Positions 8,265-17,293 of a stretch of 64,000 bases of DNA are shown piece by piece. Both the position numbers and the translations under genes were made by a program. Each line of letters opens with the position of its first letter. Position 1 is the stretch's first letter. The stretch is taken from the IMG/VR virus record IMGVR_UViG_3300002220_000003, positions 20,137 to 84,136 of that record, one strand, 5' to 3'. The notes beneath the pieces were generated by a model. The model saw only the letters and a list, made by a program, of their open reading frames with translations, made no database searches and was not told where the DNA came from. The stretch is from a virus (lineage: Duplodnaviria; Caudoviricetes).

Positions 8265-9428
8265 TCAATAAAGAAACAAGCCTTTTTTTACCATATATAA
8301 ATGTACCCTGCGTGCAAACATTGCATCTGAAGCAAGCCATGCAGTTGTAACTATTTTTGGATCCGAATTTCCTAATGAATCTTTAAGGGCGGGAAATAAA
8401 TATCTCGCGACAAATGCAACGGGGTCATCACTGATAATATCGTATCTATTTTTATTCACATCCAACCAATCATTAAGTTTATGTGCAGCCTTACGAAAAT
8501 TATTTTCATCTGCAACCGTAGGAGTCCCGATATAATATGGGCTTTCGTTCCACAGTCGTTTTATCTTTGCAGTCGTATCCGGACAATCATTTTCTATTGT
8601 CACAACATATTTATCAATCAAATAATCCAGCCCGTTAAGACATTCATCAAACCATGATACTATATCGGCAATAATGTTATTCTTATTTGATTTAATTTTT
8701 GCCTTTGTAAAATCATCAAACTTAAAAAACCTATTCATACCAACATAATGTCCTGATATATTTTTATCGAGTCGAGATGGTTTGCGTGACCACAAACTAT
8801 GATAATTTCCCATAGAGTCAGCAATCTCGTCCTGAGTATATCCTCTTTTTAACGACAGGTCTATCGCATTTATTACTATCTCACAGGCTTTTGATCTTGT
8901 CTCTTTTGTCTTTGGTAAAATATCCCCGAGCAAATTATTCCAATAATCCAACAGCTCTTTTGTCTCTTTTGGATAAACACAATTTTGATACAAAATACCG
9001 GAAGGTGCGTGAGCACCTCCTATTTCTTTAGAAATAGGATTATTATATATTATATTTATATCTCCTAAAAAAGAAGAGAGGGTCTCCTTTTGTTTAGGAG
9101 AGGGGGGCATCGATATTTTATTATTGTATTGATCAATAAGATATGTGTATTTTTCCCGATGACCTTCAACCATTCTGATCTGTCTCATATTATTTTTATC
9201 ATAGCTTGTCGTGATATATCCATGATCCACCAATCTATTAATTCCATTTGTAACGCTTGATGTAGAGAGATCAAGGTGATCCTCGAAATATTTGTTGGTG
9301 GCCCAACAACCCTTCTCCTGATCTTGCAGGCTTTGAATTAGCCAATATAAAAAGCAATCATTCTTTGTTAATTTAGGATTATAGAAAACCTCAATAGGGA
9401 TTATGATATATGTAATTTTTGGTTTCAT
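8265..9428 (-). CDS. Replication initiator-like protein (N-terminal winged HTH)
   Basis: IPIEVFYNPKLT...LYWLI...CWATNKYF...LSTSSVTNGINRLVDHGYI; between primase and helicase. Confidence 0.7.
   Translation of the reverse strand: MKPKITYIIIPIEVFYNPKLTKNDCFLYWLIQSLQDQEKGCWATNKYFEDHLDLSTSSVTNGINRLVDHGYITTSYDKNNMRQIRMVEGHREKYTYLIDQYNNKISMPPSPKQKETLSSFLGDINIIYNNPISKEIGGAHAPSGILYQNCVYPKETKELLDYWNNLLGDILPKTKETRSKACEIVINAIDLSLKRGYTQDEIADSMGNYHSLWSRKPSRLDKNISGHYVGMNRFFKFDDFTKAKIKSNKNNIIADIVSWFDECLNGLDYLIDKYVVTIENDCPDTTAKIKRLWNESPYYIGTPTVADENNFRKAAHKLNDWLDVNKNRYDIISDDPVAFVARYLFPALKDSLGNSDPKIVTTAWLASDAMFARRVHLYMVKKGLFLY
9003..9101. other. Inverted-repeat cluster plus AT tract inside initiator gene (candidate origin)
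   Basis: aggtgc/gcacct (9003-9018), cctatttct/agaaatagg (9019-9038), AT-only tract 9039-9061, imperfect IR tctcctaaa.../...tttaggaga (9061-9101). Confidence 0.45.
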
Positions 9429-9435
9429 TATTCTC

Positions 9436-10377
9436 TCACCCCAATAATTCTCTCATTAAAATTCTTGCAGAGTCCTGTGATAGATCAGCAGGATCACCCT
9501 TGTCGAGTAAAATAATCTCCGTAGACATCAAAACCGATAAATCACGGGCAACCCGTTTCGCCTTAATAAATGCATCAGGATCATATAGTACAAATAATTT
9601 TTTGATACCCCTCTTAACCAATAATAATTTTTGTTGAGATGTTAAATTGGAGGTAAATGATCCGATGGATCCCGGCCCCAATCGCCAGACATCAGTAACA
9701 CCTTCTACCAATACCGCTTGCCTGCCGGCATTATCGATATTATATAAAGTATGCTTGACGGGTATGATTGCTTCGGATTCCGGACAATCGATATAGGGAA
9801 TAGTCGCCTGATTTGTGATATCTCTGGTTAAATATGATACGAGTTTACCATCTAAAAAACAGGGAATAATAAGCCTTCCCCGATATTGTCCGATATTATA
9901 GACCGCTCTCAAATGATATTCTTTTTGCAATTTATCAGGATCAAACCTCCGGGAAGTAAGATATTGTCGATGCATTGTAGGCAGGATATTTGTAGATTCC
10001 CGGGGTAAATAGCAGGCTTTATGCCCTGTATTTTCAATTTGTATAGGGTTATACTGCGATTTTCTATCTGCCCCCCTGTCATTATATAGATCAGGATCAA
10101 AAAGCGTCGTATATGCCGTTTTTATCGCCTTCGCCTGCGACCATGAGCAATCTTCGATCTGACGGATCAGTTTAGTAATTGATCCTTTTTCGGAGCATAT
10201 CCAGCAAGAAAAAAGGTCTGTCGCCCGATTGATTCCCAAATGCTTTGATGAATCCGAGCAACCGGGAAAAGGACAGGCTATACCTATCCATCCCTTACCA
10301 ACATTTTTCCCGCCTTTGTCATACTTAATACCTTTATCTTCAAGATATCGTATGGCATCAAAAAAATCAGTTTTAAT
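9436..10377 (-). CDS. DNA primase (Zn-finger + TOPRIM); extended upstream of track start to a probable ATT codon
   Basis: Frame open from 10416; adds IKTDFFDAIRYLEDKG...GWIGIACPFPGCSDSSKH before LGINRATDLFSCWIC; TOPRIM LVEGVTD, LYDPD, KGDPAD. Confidence 0.85.
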   Translation of the reverse strand: MKTDFFDAIRYLEDKGIKYDKGGKNVGKGWIGIACPFPGCSDSSKHLGINRATDLFSCWICSEKGSITKLIRQIEDCSWSQAKAIKTAYTTLFDPDLYNDRGADRKSQYNPIQIENTGHKACYLPRESTNILPTMHRQYLTSRRFDPDKLQKEYHLRAVYNIGQYRGRLIIPCFLDGKLVSYLTRDITNQATIPYIDCPESEAIIPVKHTLYNIDNAGRQAVLVEGVTDVWRLGPGSIGSFTSNLTSQQKLLLVKRGIKKLFVLYDPDAFIKAKRVARDLSVLMSTEIILLDKGDPADLSQDSARILMRELLG

Positions 10378-10916
10378 TACTTGTCCTCCCCAAGGAAATA
10401 TGAAGCCATAACTCGTTCAAAATAATATCTGGCTCCGCCGGAGTAGCCCTGCAATGCCCGGCGAAGATCACCCTTTGCCCATTCATGATGTTTTGCCAGA
10501 ATGTATTTCCCGGCGGTCTTGTTTTTTTCCGGATGAAATAAATCCCTATAAGAGTATATCCCAAATTGCCTTAATTCTTTTTTCCAAACCGAATATCTAA
10601 TCTGCATGAGACCATAGGCCCCTTTTTTACTGACGGCCTTATGATCTCCCTCCGATTCAATATTTATGATGGCCCGTATGAGTTTTGGATCATCGATCAT
10701 CGGAAGTTTATAGGTCGATCTGATATAGATGTATTCCGATATCGATATTCCTTTACAAATCCACCCTCCAATAAATCCTATTACAAAAAATAAAATCAAC
10801 CCTAAAAATATTTTTTTCATAATTCCTCCTATTTGGCAAAAACCACTTTGCCATTCAATGTCGTTTCCCGACCTGAAATAGTGTTCCTTATGATCATGAT
10901 TTTTGGTAATTGACAT
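10377..10916 (-). CDS. Lytic transglycosylase (SLT) with N-terminal membrane anchor; probable start MKKIF near 10820
   Basis: AIINIESEG, AVSKKGAYGLMQI; hydrophobic N-terminal segment. Confidence 0.85.
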   Translation of the reverse strand: MSITKNHDHKEHYFRSGNDIEWQSGFCQIGGIMKKIFLGLILFFVIGFIGGWICKGISISEYIYIRSTYKLPMIDDPKLIRAIINIESEGDHKAVSKKGAYGLMQIRYSVWKKELRQFGIYSYRDLFHPEKNKTAGKYILAKHHEWAKGDLRRALQGYSGGARYYFERVMASYFLGEDK

Positions 10917-11031
10917 TTATTCCTGAAGATCAGATTATACTCATTATCAACATAATGCAAAACACCCCTTGCATCCATTTTTGATTCTATTCTTTTTCTC
11001 CATATAATCATAATTACCTCCTCATAAAAAG

Positions 11032-11100
11032 GCGGCCCCTCTCTTTCCGGGGGGGGTGTGGAAAGAAAATCACAATGGGGGGTTGTGATTGAGGGGCCGC
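11032..11100 (-). terminator. Three-way-junction structure followed by U-run (terminator-like / structured element)
   Basis: 10-bp outer stem, 7-bp and 8-bp inner stems, all perfect; TTTTT follows on minus strand. Confidence 0.6.
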
Positions 11101-11105
11101 TTTTA

Positions 11106-12539
11106 TTAAACACCTTTCATTGTCCATTTATTATTAACATATACCTGCAACCTCATCACAGTATGATAATTAAGATATTTGTAAATGTCAATAAAATCTT
11201 TGATGATAACCTTATTTTTTGTCTCGGTAGCCCTGAGTCCACGACCAATATTTTGTAATACCGATATCTCTGATTTACCCCCGGCCGCATTAATAACACA
11301 ATCAAGTGATCGAATATTAACTCCTTCTTTCCAAACGGTTGATGCAATAATACATTTTTTATCCTTTGACTCCAATGCCTCTTTAAGAAGCAGCCGATCT
11401 TGTTTATCTGTCCCTGACCAAACAAAATCAATAGGTAGATCCAAAATCTCCGCCATCTTGAGAAGATTTTTTGCGTGTTCGACCTCTTTGACCAATATCA
11501 ATACAGATCGCCCTTGAGATATTTCCGTCAAAGCCTCCGTTATAATAAGCCTGTTGCGTATTCGATTATTGATAATTGCCTCATTGTATATATCCCGATA
11601 CTTTGTTAAATTAAAAATGGAAGTATCTTCCGGAACATTGATCCAATGAATTTCAGGCTTAGAAAGAACGCCCGCTTTAATGCCTTGATCAACAGTAAAT
11701 TCACCTATCATCGGCCCGAGATATCCTTCAAGAATTAAACTTTTCGCGCCGTCAATCTGATCTGTCGCCGTCAATCCGATCCTAATCGGAGCAAGACTTG
11801 TCTCAAGTATTTTTGCATATGTGCCATTTCTTGATGTTACATGATGACATTCATCGATAATGATCGTAGTAAAGGTAAAAAGAAAGTCTTTCCAGTCTGA
11901 TATTTTCGACCAAGTCTGAATTAAGGCAATAACTACCGCGTTTTCAGACAGGGTCTCGATTTTTTTATTACCCGCACCAATTTCCACAACATCGAATCCT
12001 AATTTTCTAAACTCATCGGCCGTCTGCTGAAGAAGGTCGATCGTATGACAAAGCATTAATGTCCTGCCAGAAATCATCGAATGAATTGCGGCGGCAAGCA
12101 AGGTTTTTCCTGTGCCTGTTGCAGATTTAAGATATCCTCTATGTAGGCAAGACACCCCTTTTAGCAATTCTATTTGATCACTACGGAGGGTAATCCCCGG
12201 TAAATCAGGTTCCCGGAAAGACGCATCAGAATTAAATCCACTTAACTCATACGATATTCCCTGACGATCAAGATCCTTACATACCCTTTGTAAAAACCCT
12301 GTAAGGAAAGTTCCTATCCTTCTATCAAGAAATGATCGATCTTGCATGATTTTTTCTTTTGCATATCTCCCTTCGATCCACCGGGGCGATTGATAAGCAA
12401 GTATTGCCGCAACGATAGGATAATCTTTTTTGTTTGCTACCCTGCAATAAATAGGGTCTAAAATTTCTATTTTCATGACCTGATAAATTGCCTTATTTCC
12501 TTCATGACAATATTGATCGTCCTTTGATCTCCTTCCCAC
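11106..12539 (-). CDS. SF2 DEAD/DEAH (UvsW-like) helicase; probable start MKIEI near 12476
   Basis: SATGTGKT, IIDECHH, GLTAT, EGVNIRSLD, QNIGRGLR. Confidence 0.92.
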   Translation of the reverse strand: MGRRSKDDQYCHEGNKAIYQVMKIEILDPIYCRVANKKDYPIVAAILAYQSPRWIEGRYAKEKIMQDRSFLDRRIGTFLTGFLQRVCKDLDRQGISYELSGFNSDASFREPDLPGITLRSDQIELLKGVSCLHRGYLKSATGTGKTLLAAAIHSMISGRTLMLCHTIDLLQQTADEFRKLGFDVVEIGAGNKKIETLSENAVVIALIQTWSKISDWKDFLFTFTTIIIDECHHVTSRNGTYAKILETSLAPIRIGLTATDQIDGAKSLILEGYLGPMIGEFTVDQGIKAGVLSKPEIHWINVPEDTSIFNLTKYRDIYNEAIINNRIRNRLIITEALTEISQGRSVLILVKEVEHAKNLLKMAEILDLPIDFVWSGTDKQDRLLLKEALESKDKKCIIASTVWKEGVNIRSLDCVINAAGGKSEISVLQNIGRGLRATETKNKVIIKDFIDIYKYLNYHTVMRLQVYVNNKWTMKGV

Positions 12540-12862
12540 TGCCGTTTAAGATATTTAGTAATTTTGGGGAGAGTCAATCGATCCGTTGCGGATTGTTTCA
12601 TTGATCGCCTTCTTGTACCAAGGATATCATAAAGGACCTCGGCCGGACAATTAACAATCAATTCGATCACCTGCTTTGTCTCTTCCCTGAGTAATTCCCA
12701 CTTTTCCTTTTTAAGAAGGATCTGTTCAGGATTCATAGGGCCGTAAGATGACATATCAACAATGTCTTCCGCAAATTCCGGATTCTCGATCCTTTCAAAA
12801 GATAGATAATTGTCCGGGTTGGCCGCCTGAATAGCCGCCAGATAAAACCATTCATTCTTCAT
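12473..12862 (-). CDS. Hypothetical protein
   Basis: 129-aa ORF overlapping neighbours. Confidence 0.6.
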   Translation of the reverse strand: MKNEWFYLAAIQAANPDNYLSFERIENPEFAEDIVDMSSYGPMNPEQILLKKEKWELLREETKQVIELIVNCPAEVLYDILGTRRRSMKQSATDRLTLPKITKYLKRQWEGDQRTINIVMKEIRQFIRS

Positions 12863-13238
12863 TGTCGCCCCCTATTATATTATATCGTATATTCAATCCA
12901 TTAATCATGTGATTTAGAAGTTTGCCGCTTTTGCATTTTTTACACGCATCATGATATTCGCCAAAGGTACATTCTTTTGTCTGGCGATGCAAACAATTTT
13001 CAAGAAAAATCACCTGATTAAATTCCGAGCAATAAAAGACCTGTCCTAAATCGAAATGCCTACATGCAGGAGTATCATCAAGAATCCATCTATCGGCCGG
13101 TTCGCAATAATACCCCTTGATTCTATCATGATTCATTCTGGCATCTCTAAAGCAAATACAAAATTTGCAATGGATCCCCGTCCATGGCCTATCCTTTTTT
13201 ACATCATCTCGATCTACTACGACCTTTTCTTTTTTCAT
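12852..13238 (-). CDS. Cys-rich hypothetical protein
   Basis: Multiple CxxC/Cys motifs (CKFC, CKKC). Confidence 0.6.
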   Translation of the reverse strand: MKKEKVVVDRDDVKKDRPWTGIHCKFCICFRDARMNHDRIKGYYCEPADRWILDDTPACRHFDLGQVFYCSEFNQVIFLENCLHRQTKECTFGEYHDACKKCKSGKLLNHMINGLNIRYNIIGGDNEE

Positions 13239-13449
13239 TCTTCCCCCTCTTCTTTGAAGAAGCTAATATTGCCGTAGCCCGTTTGATTCTCAGCTCTCGA
13301 CAATAGTCTTCAAGAATATAAGATGATATCGCTGTCCCGGTTCGAAATCCCGCCTTCTTTGCTTCATCTGCAAGAAGGGCAGCATCGTCACGGGTAATCC
13401 ATGCTCCCTGCACTACCTTATTGATCTTTGCCTTTATCAATTTCATCAC
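13204..13449 (-). CDS. Small basic protein, possibly RHH-like
   Basis: 81-aa ORF with GGAGG SD. Confidence 0.5.
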   Translation of the reverse strand: MMKLIKAKINKVVQGAWITRDDAALLADEAKKAGFRTGTAISSYILEDYCRELRIKRATAILASSKKRGKNEKRKGRSRSR

Positions 13450-13511
13450 CTCCTTGTTTAAGGTCTTTAAATATTTTAAAAGATACCGCTAAAAAAATCA
13501 AGCATTTTTTA

Positions 13512-14456
13512 TCATTCATATAAAGGAATGATTTTATCGCGCCAGTTATTTGCCACAAATCGAAGAAGGTCTTTATGCACTCCCTCGTCTTGTTTTGCCT
13601 GATTAAAAAGATCATCAAGACGATACTCATTGACATTCTTGATAATAAGATCATGAATTACCCGTGGATCCAATGCATCTAATTCCCAACTTTCTTCTCC
13701 ATACTGCTCAAGATATTTTTGAAATCTTGAATCTGTCACTTTGGCTGGATTTGGAGGAGGATTATATTGATCAATTTGATCTTGATTAAGAGCAACCCTT
13801 TTAAAGGTCAGGCTGTCTTGTTCCTCTCCCATAAACAGGCATAACCTCTCTTCGATATCTCTCGACATATCAATTCCCGAAGGATCGTGATCACCAAAAT
13901 GTAGGAGAAGGATCTGTTGTCCTGATCGCGAATATTCCTTGAATCTCATACCCGCCTGCCACATCGCCGTTTGGCTGGTATATCCTCTGCATGAAAAATA
14001 ACTGATATCCAATTGCCGGGCAGCTTTGCCGACAACTCCCTCAAGAGCATCCTTTTCAACCCATACCTCAATTCGATATGGTTGACTTTCCCACTTATCG
14101 ATTTGAAATTGTTCGGCGCAGGCATTAACGATATCAATAGGTGAATCCCAATGGGGATTTTTAAGCAGCTCCCGGGTTCGATCTTCAAGGGCAAACCAGT
14201 CTATATATCCCCCGAGTCTCGCATCATTTATGATCTTGCCGAGCTTCATATAGCTTTTTTGATTATTTGTGCTACCCGTTTGTTTATCGGCCCATGATGC
14301 AGGCAAAAGATCCCGGGCAACAAACTGATAATAAAGCTGCCGTAAGGTCAAGGCATATCCCTGTCGGATATATTCATTTATAATCGCCTCCGCCTGATCG
14401 ACAATTATTTTCTTTTTTGGGGTCATCGAAATTTCCTGATATTGTATTTTCGGCAT
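13512..14456 (-). CDS. Topo VI-A/Spo11/JetD-like TOPRIM protein
   Basis: LTLRQLYYQFV, EVWVEKDAL, CRGYTS, HFGDHDPSG, WELDALDP. Confidence 0.8.
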   Translation of the reverse strand: MPKIQYQEISMTPKKKIIVDQAEAIINEYIRQGYALTLRQLYYQFVARDLLPASWADKQTGSTNNQKSYMKLGKIINDARLGGYIDWFALEDRTRELLKNPHWDSPIDIVNACAEQFQIDKWESQPYRIEVWVEKDALEGVVGKAARQLDISYFSCRGYTSQTAMWQAGMRFKEYSRSGQQILLLHFGDHDPSGIDMSRDIEERLCLFMGEEQDSLTFKRVALNQDQIDQYNPPPNPAKVTDSRFQKYLEQYGEESWELDALDPRVIHDLIIKNVNEYRLDDLFNQAKQDEGVHKDLLRFVANNWRDKIIPLYE

Positions 14457-14483
14457 TATTTTTTTCCTCCATTAATAATAAAA

Positions 14484-14504
14484 GGGGCCGGGATCGCCGG
14501 CCCC
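14484..14504 (-). terminator. Intrinsic terminator
   Basis: GGGGCCGG/CCGGCCCC stem followed by TTTTATT on minus strand. Confidence 0.8.
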
Positions 14505-14514
14505 TAATCATCTA

Positions 14515-15270
14515 TTATTCGATAACATCAGTAGGGGTAATATCAATCACCTTGCCACAGATATGATCGAACATGCCGTAGAGCTTGATTGTCCGCTTTG
14601 GTAAATCTGTAACGGGAAATCTCTTTCCGACCTGAGTAAAAGCATTGAAAAGGCTCCATGCAGTACGATCTTGAAAATCTTTGTAGGTGGGCTCTCTCCA
14701 CTCTTTGAGGACGGCCGGGATCGCCTGATTCGGAATGACCTTATAATCAACCGCTTTGATAATCATGTCATGTGCGTCATAATCATCGAGATAAAATTCC
14801 CGGTATGCAGCAATTCTTTCGTCCTGTGCATGTTTGGCAATCGCTATCTTGCCAACGGCCCCGACAACCAGTCCGGGAAGATCGTCCATGATATGAACCG
14901 TATGTTTGCGGGCGATTGCAATCTCACCAGAGAAGGCGAGATTATCACAGATAAAAACATTTGTCCCGACAACAAGTCCCGCCGGGAAGACCTTATCATG
15001 AGAATTACGAAGACCAACGGTCATTGCATAATCAGGATTGTCTTCGCGGATTCTCATAAGGGCAAAAAATCTTGCGCCATCTTTCGCAACACCGGTCTGC
15101 ATAAAATTGATTTCAAGACCATTATCAATAATAGTCTTCTCAACAAGATCAAGAAGTGTTGCATGGGGAATTGGATGCCAGATTCCTTCCGGATTAGGGG
15201 TCGGAATTTTCCCGAGCAATTCCCTTTCAATCAATTTGCCGCCTGCATGTAACATTAATTCTTTTGCCAT
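14515..15270 (-). CDS. DUF932/DUF945-like protein
   Basis: WHPIPH, GLRNSHDK, VFICDNLAF, RKHT, TAWSLFNAFT. Confidence 0.75.
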   Translation of the reverse strand: MAKELMLHAGGKLIERELLGKIPTPNPEGIWHPIPHATLLDLVEKTIIDNGLEINFMQTGVAKDGARFFALMRIREDNPDYAMTVGLRNSHDKVFPAGLVVGTNVFICDNLAFSGEIAIARKHTVHIMDDLPGLVVGAVGKIAIAKHAQDERIAAYREFYLDDYDAHDMIIKAVDYKVIPNQAIPAVLKEWREPTYKDFQDRTAWSLFNAFTQVGKRFPVTDLPKRTIKLYGMFDHICGKVIDITPTDVIE

Positions 15271-15286
15271 AATTTGTTCCTCCCTT

Positions 15287-15517
15287 TTATTTTATATAGT
15301 TCTCTTTGTAAAGCCGCATATCTTCTTTCAGATCATTTATATTAGCAGGAATTTGATCTAATCCCAATTCATGAAATGATTCAAAAATATATTCCTTGAT
15401 CAGGGCGAAACTCCAGCCTTCCGCAACACCGATTAAAAAACAATTGCCTGCAAATTCCCTCCATTTCTTTGTTGATTGAATCATCAAGCCCGTATAATAT
15501 TTGTCTGAATTTTTCAT
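15287..15517 (-). CDS. Hypothetical protein
   Basis: 76-aa ORF, coupled stop/start. Confidence 0.6.
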   Translation of the reverse strand: MKNSDKYYTGLMIQSTKKWREFAGNCFLIGVAEGWSFALIKEYIFESFHELGLDQIPANINDLKEDMRLYKENYIK

Positions 15518-15900
15518 TATTTCCCCAGTCCTGTTCTGACCATTTGCGATGAAAATTTGAATCTCTTGCCATCTTCCCTCTGACAGATAATCGGATACTT
15601 CTTGGATGAGGGCTTGATCTCGATGATCTTGTACATTTTACAATTAAATCCAAAGGATTTCCCCCTATCATCTTCTTCAAGGCCGAACATTGGGGCATAA
15701 AACGCAAAATCATCTTTAACACCCTCTTCCTTGCCTTCGGTCGTTCCGGTCAGGCGGCAGGTAAATCTTGTAGGGGTAAAGGAAATTGTACCAATTTCCA
15801 AATTGATGCCATATTCATCCTTGATCATATCAAGAACGGCTTGCAATTCCGGGCGAAGCATTTTCATTGAATCTTTACTAAATGATGTGATCTTACCCAT
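15517..15900 (-). CDS. Hypothetical protein
   Basis: 127-aa ORF, coupled stop/start. Confidence 0.65.
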   Translation of the reverse strand: MGKITSFSKDSMKMLRPELQAVLDMIKDEYGINLEIGTISFTPTRFTCRLTGTTEGKEEGVKDDFAFYAPMFGLEEDDRGKSFGFNCKMYKIIEIKPSSKKYPIICQREDGKRFKFSSQMVRTGLGK

Positions 15901-16127
15901 TATTCCCTCCCTTTGGAAAATTTGTCGATCAGGCTCTCGATGATCGCAAGCCTATCACAAAGCTCCTGTCCTTCCGGATCATCTTCATCAACCTGCTGGA
16001 TATCATCGGCGACCGCATCCCTCTTTGTTTCGAGTCCCTGCAAAACCTCCTCAATCTCGTCTGCCATTAATTCAAATAATTTTTTCCCCTCCACTCCTGC
16101 CTCCTTATATGATTTATTGGATTTCAT
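15900..16127 (-). CDS. Small acidic hypothetical protein
   Basis: 75-aa ORF directly after consensus promoter. Confidence 0.6.
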   Translation of the reverse strand: MKSNKSYKEAGVEGKKLFELMADEIEEVLQGLETKRDAVADDIQQVDEDDPEGQELCDRLAIIESLIDKFSKGRE

Positions 16128-16133
16128 ATTATA

Positions 16134-16161
16134 ATTATATCATATATTTAGGGAATGTCAA
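16134..16161 (-). promoter_or_regulatory. Consensus sigma70 promoter (copy 2 of conserved 38-mer)
   Basis: TTGACA (16161-16156), 16 nt, TGnTATAAT (16139-16134); 34/38 nt identical to copy at 5235-5272. Confidence 0.8.
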
Positions 16162-16256
16162 GTGTTTTTTTAAAGAATTTAAATTTTTTTTCCCGAATGA
16201 TTTCAATAGGTTATAAAACCAACGATCAAAAAGGCCCATTTTAAAGGATAAAAATA

Positions 16257-16287
16257 GCGGGGCGGTAAAGGGAGAAATCCGCCCCGC
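16257..16287 (-). terminator. Terminator ending the late/lysis operon
   Basis: gcggggcgg/ccgccccgc 9-bp stem then TATTTTTAT on minus strand. Confidence 0.75.
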
Positions 16288-16310
16288 CGGAGTAGCCCCG
16301 ATGGCAGGAA

Positions 16311-17039
16311 TCAAGGGCTCTCTTTTGCATCCCAATACTCCTGCAACATCACACATCCTTCCTCGTGCAATCCAAAGGATTTTGCTCTATCAGGAGTTGT
16401 ATATTTTGACGCCCATACAATCTTAAAATGAGTGGATAGATAGGCGTCTGGCATGATTACATCCCTACCTCTCATTTTTGTCCTATATAATCCAAGTTCG
16501 CGGCGATGACCAACATAGCAAAGGGCGACCATTTCCGTACATGATACACCGAGGCCATATTTCCGCATATTAATTAATGCCGTCTTTTTATCTTGAAATA
16601 GATCGCTCTCAATTTCAAGATCAAAAGTAAAGGTATCATCATAAGGACATCCAATCATTAAATGTGCCCTATCCACAGCGTCATAGCGGGCGCGTTCTGA
16701 TATCAAAGGCTTAAGGATTACTGCATAATCGGTATGTAAAGGATAATATGGAGAACGACAAACAACACCTTCGCTTACCGCTTCGATTATTTGAGTTGTA
16801 TTTTTTTTATCTATCAGCCATGCATGTTTCATAAATCCCTTAATTGCTACATTGCTCAAATCACCTCTATTTCGATGCAAGCCAATATACCCCGGATATG
16901 ATCTTTCGATGGCGATTACCATTTCATCATAATCAATAAAGCGTTTATATTCCCCCCATGCAAAACCGAGAAGACAATGTTCTCTTCTGATATCACCTGC
17001 AACAAAAATAATTTTTTTCTTAATGTCTCGAATATTCAT
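16311..17039 (-). CDS. Permuted papain-like NlpC/P60 (YiiX/YebB-like) protein
   Basis: His (KHAWL) and IIEAVSEGV precede YDDTFTFD...SCTEMV, the permuted catalytic order. Confidence 0.65.
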   Translation of the reverse strand: MNIRDIKKKIIFVAGDIRREHCLLGFAWGEYKRFIDYDEMVIAIERSYPGYIGLHRNRGDLSNVAIKGFMKHAWLIDKKNTTQIIEAVSEGVVCRSPYYPLHTDYAVILKPLISERARYDAVDRAHLMIGCPYDDTFTFDLEIESDLFQDKKTALINMRKYGLGVSCTEMVALCYVGHRRELGLYRTKMRGRDVIMPDAYLSTHFKIVWASKYTTPDRAKSFGLHEEGCVMLQEYWDAKESP

Positions 17040-17293
17040 TTTTGATCTTCTTTTTGGAATGGATTTGGTATTTCGTATACTCTATGACAAGCCAATAAAG
17101 TACATTGCACTCCTATGTAATCTGTATACCATTTTCCATCTTTGCACCATATAGATCCCGAACAGGTATTACATCCATCTCCGGCTGGAAAAGTATATGG
17201 GCAAGGATTGTCCCGGGGGCATTCGATGCAGTCTTTAGCCATGACCGGAGAAACTAATAAACAGATCAAAATAATAAAAATAAATTTTTTCAT
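17036..17293 (-). CDS. Small secreted Cys-rich protein
   Basis: Signal peptide MKKFIFIILICLLVSPVMA; 8 Cys in mature part. Confidence 0.6.
   Translation of the reverse strand: MKKFIFIILICLLVSPVMAKDCIECPRDNPCPYTFPAGDGCNTCSGSIWCKDGKWYTDYIGVQCTLLACHRVYEIPNPFQKEDQK

Noticed and set aside
12473-12862. Sigma-factor region-4-like protein
   Set aside because: Only a vague PEQILL..E resemblance; no region 2 or clear HTH
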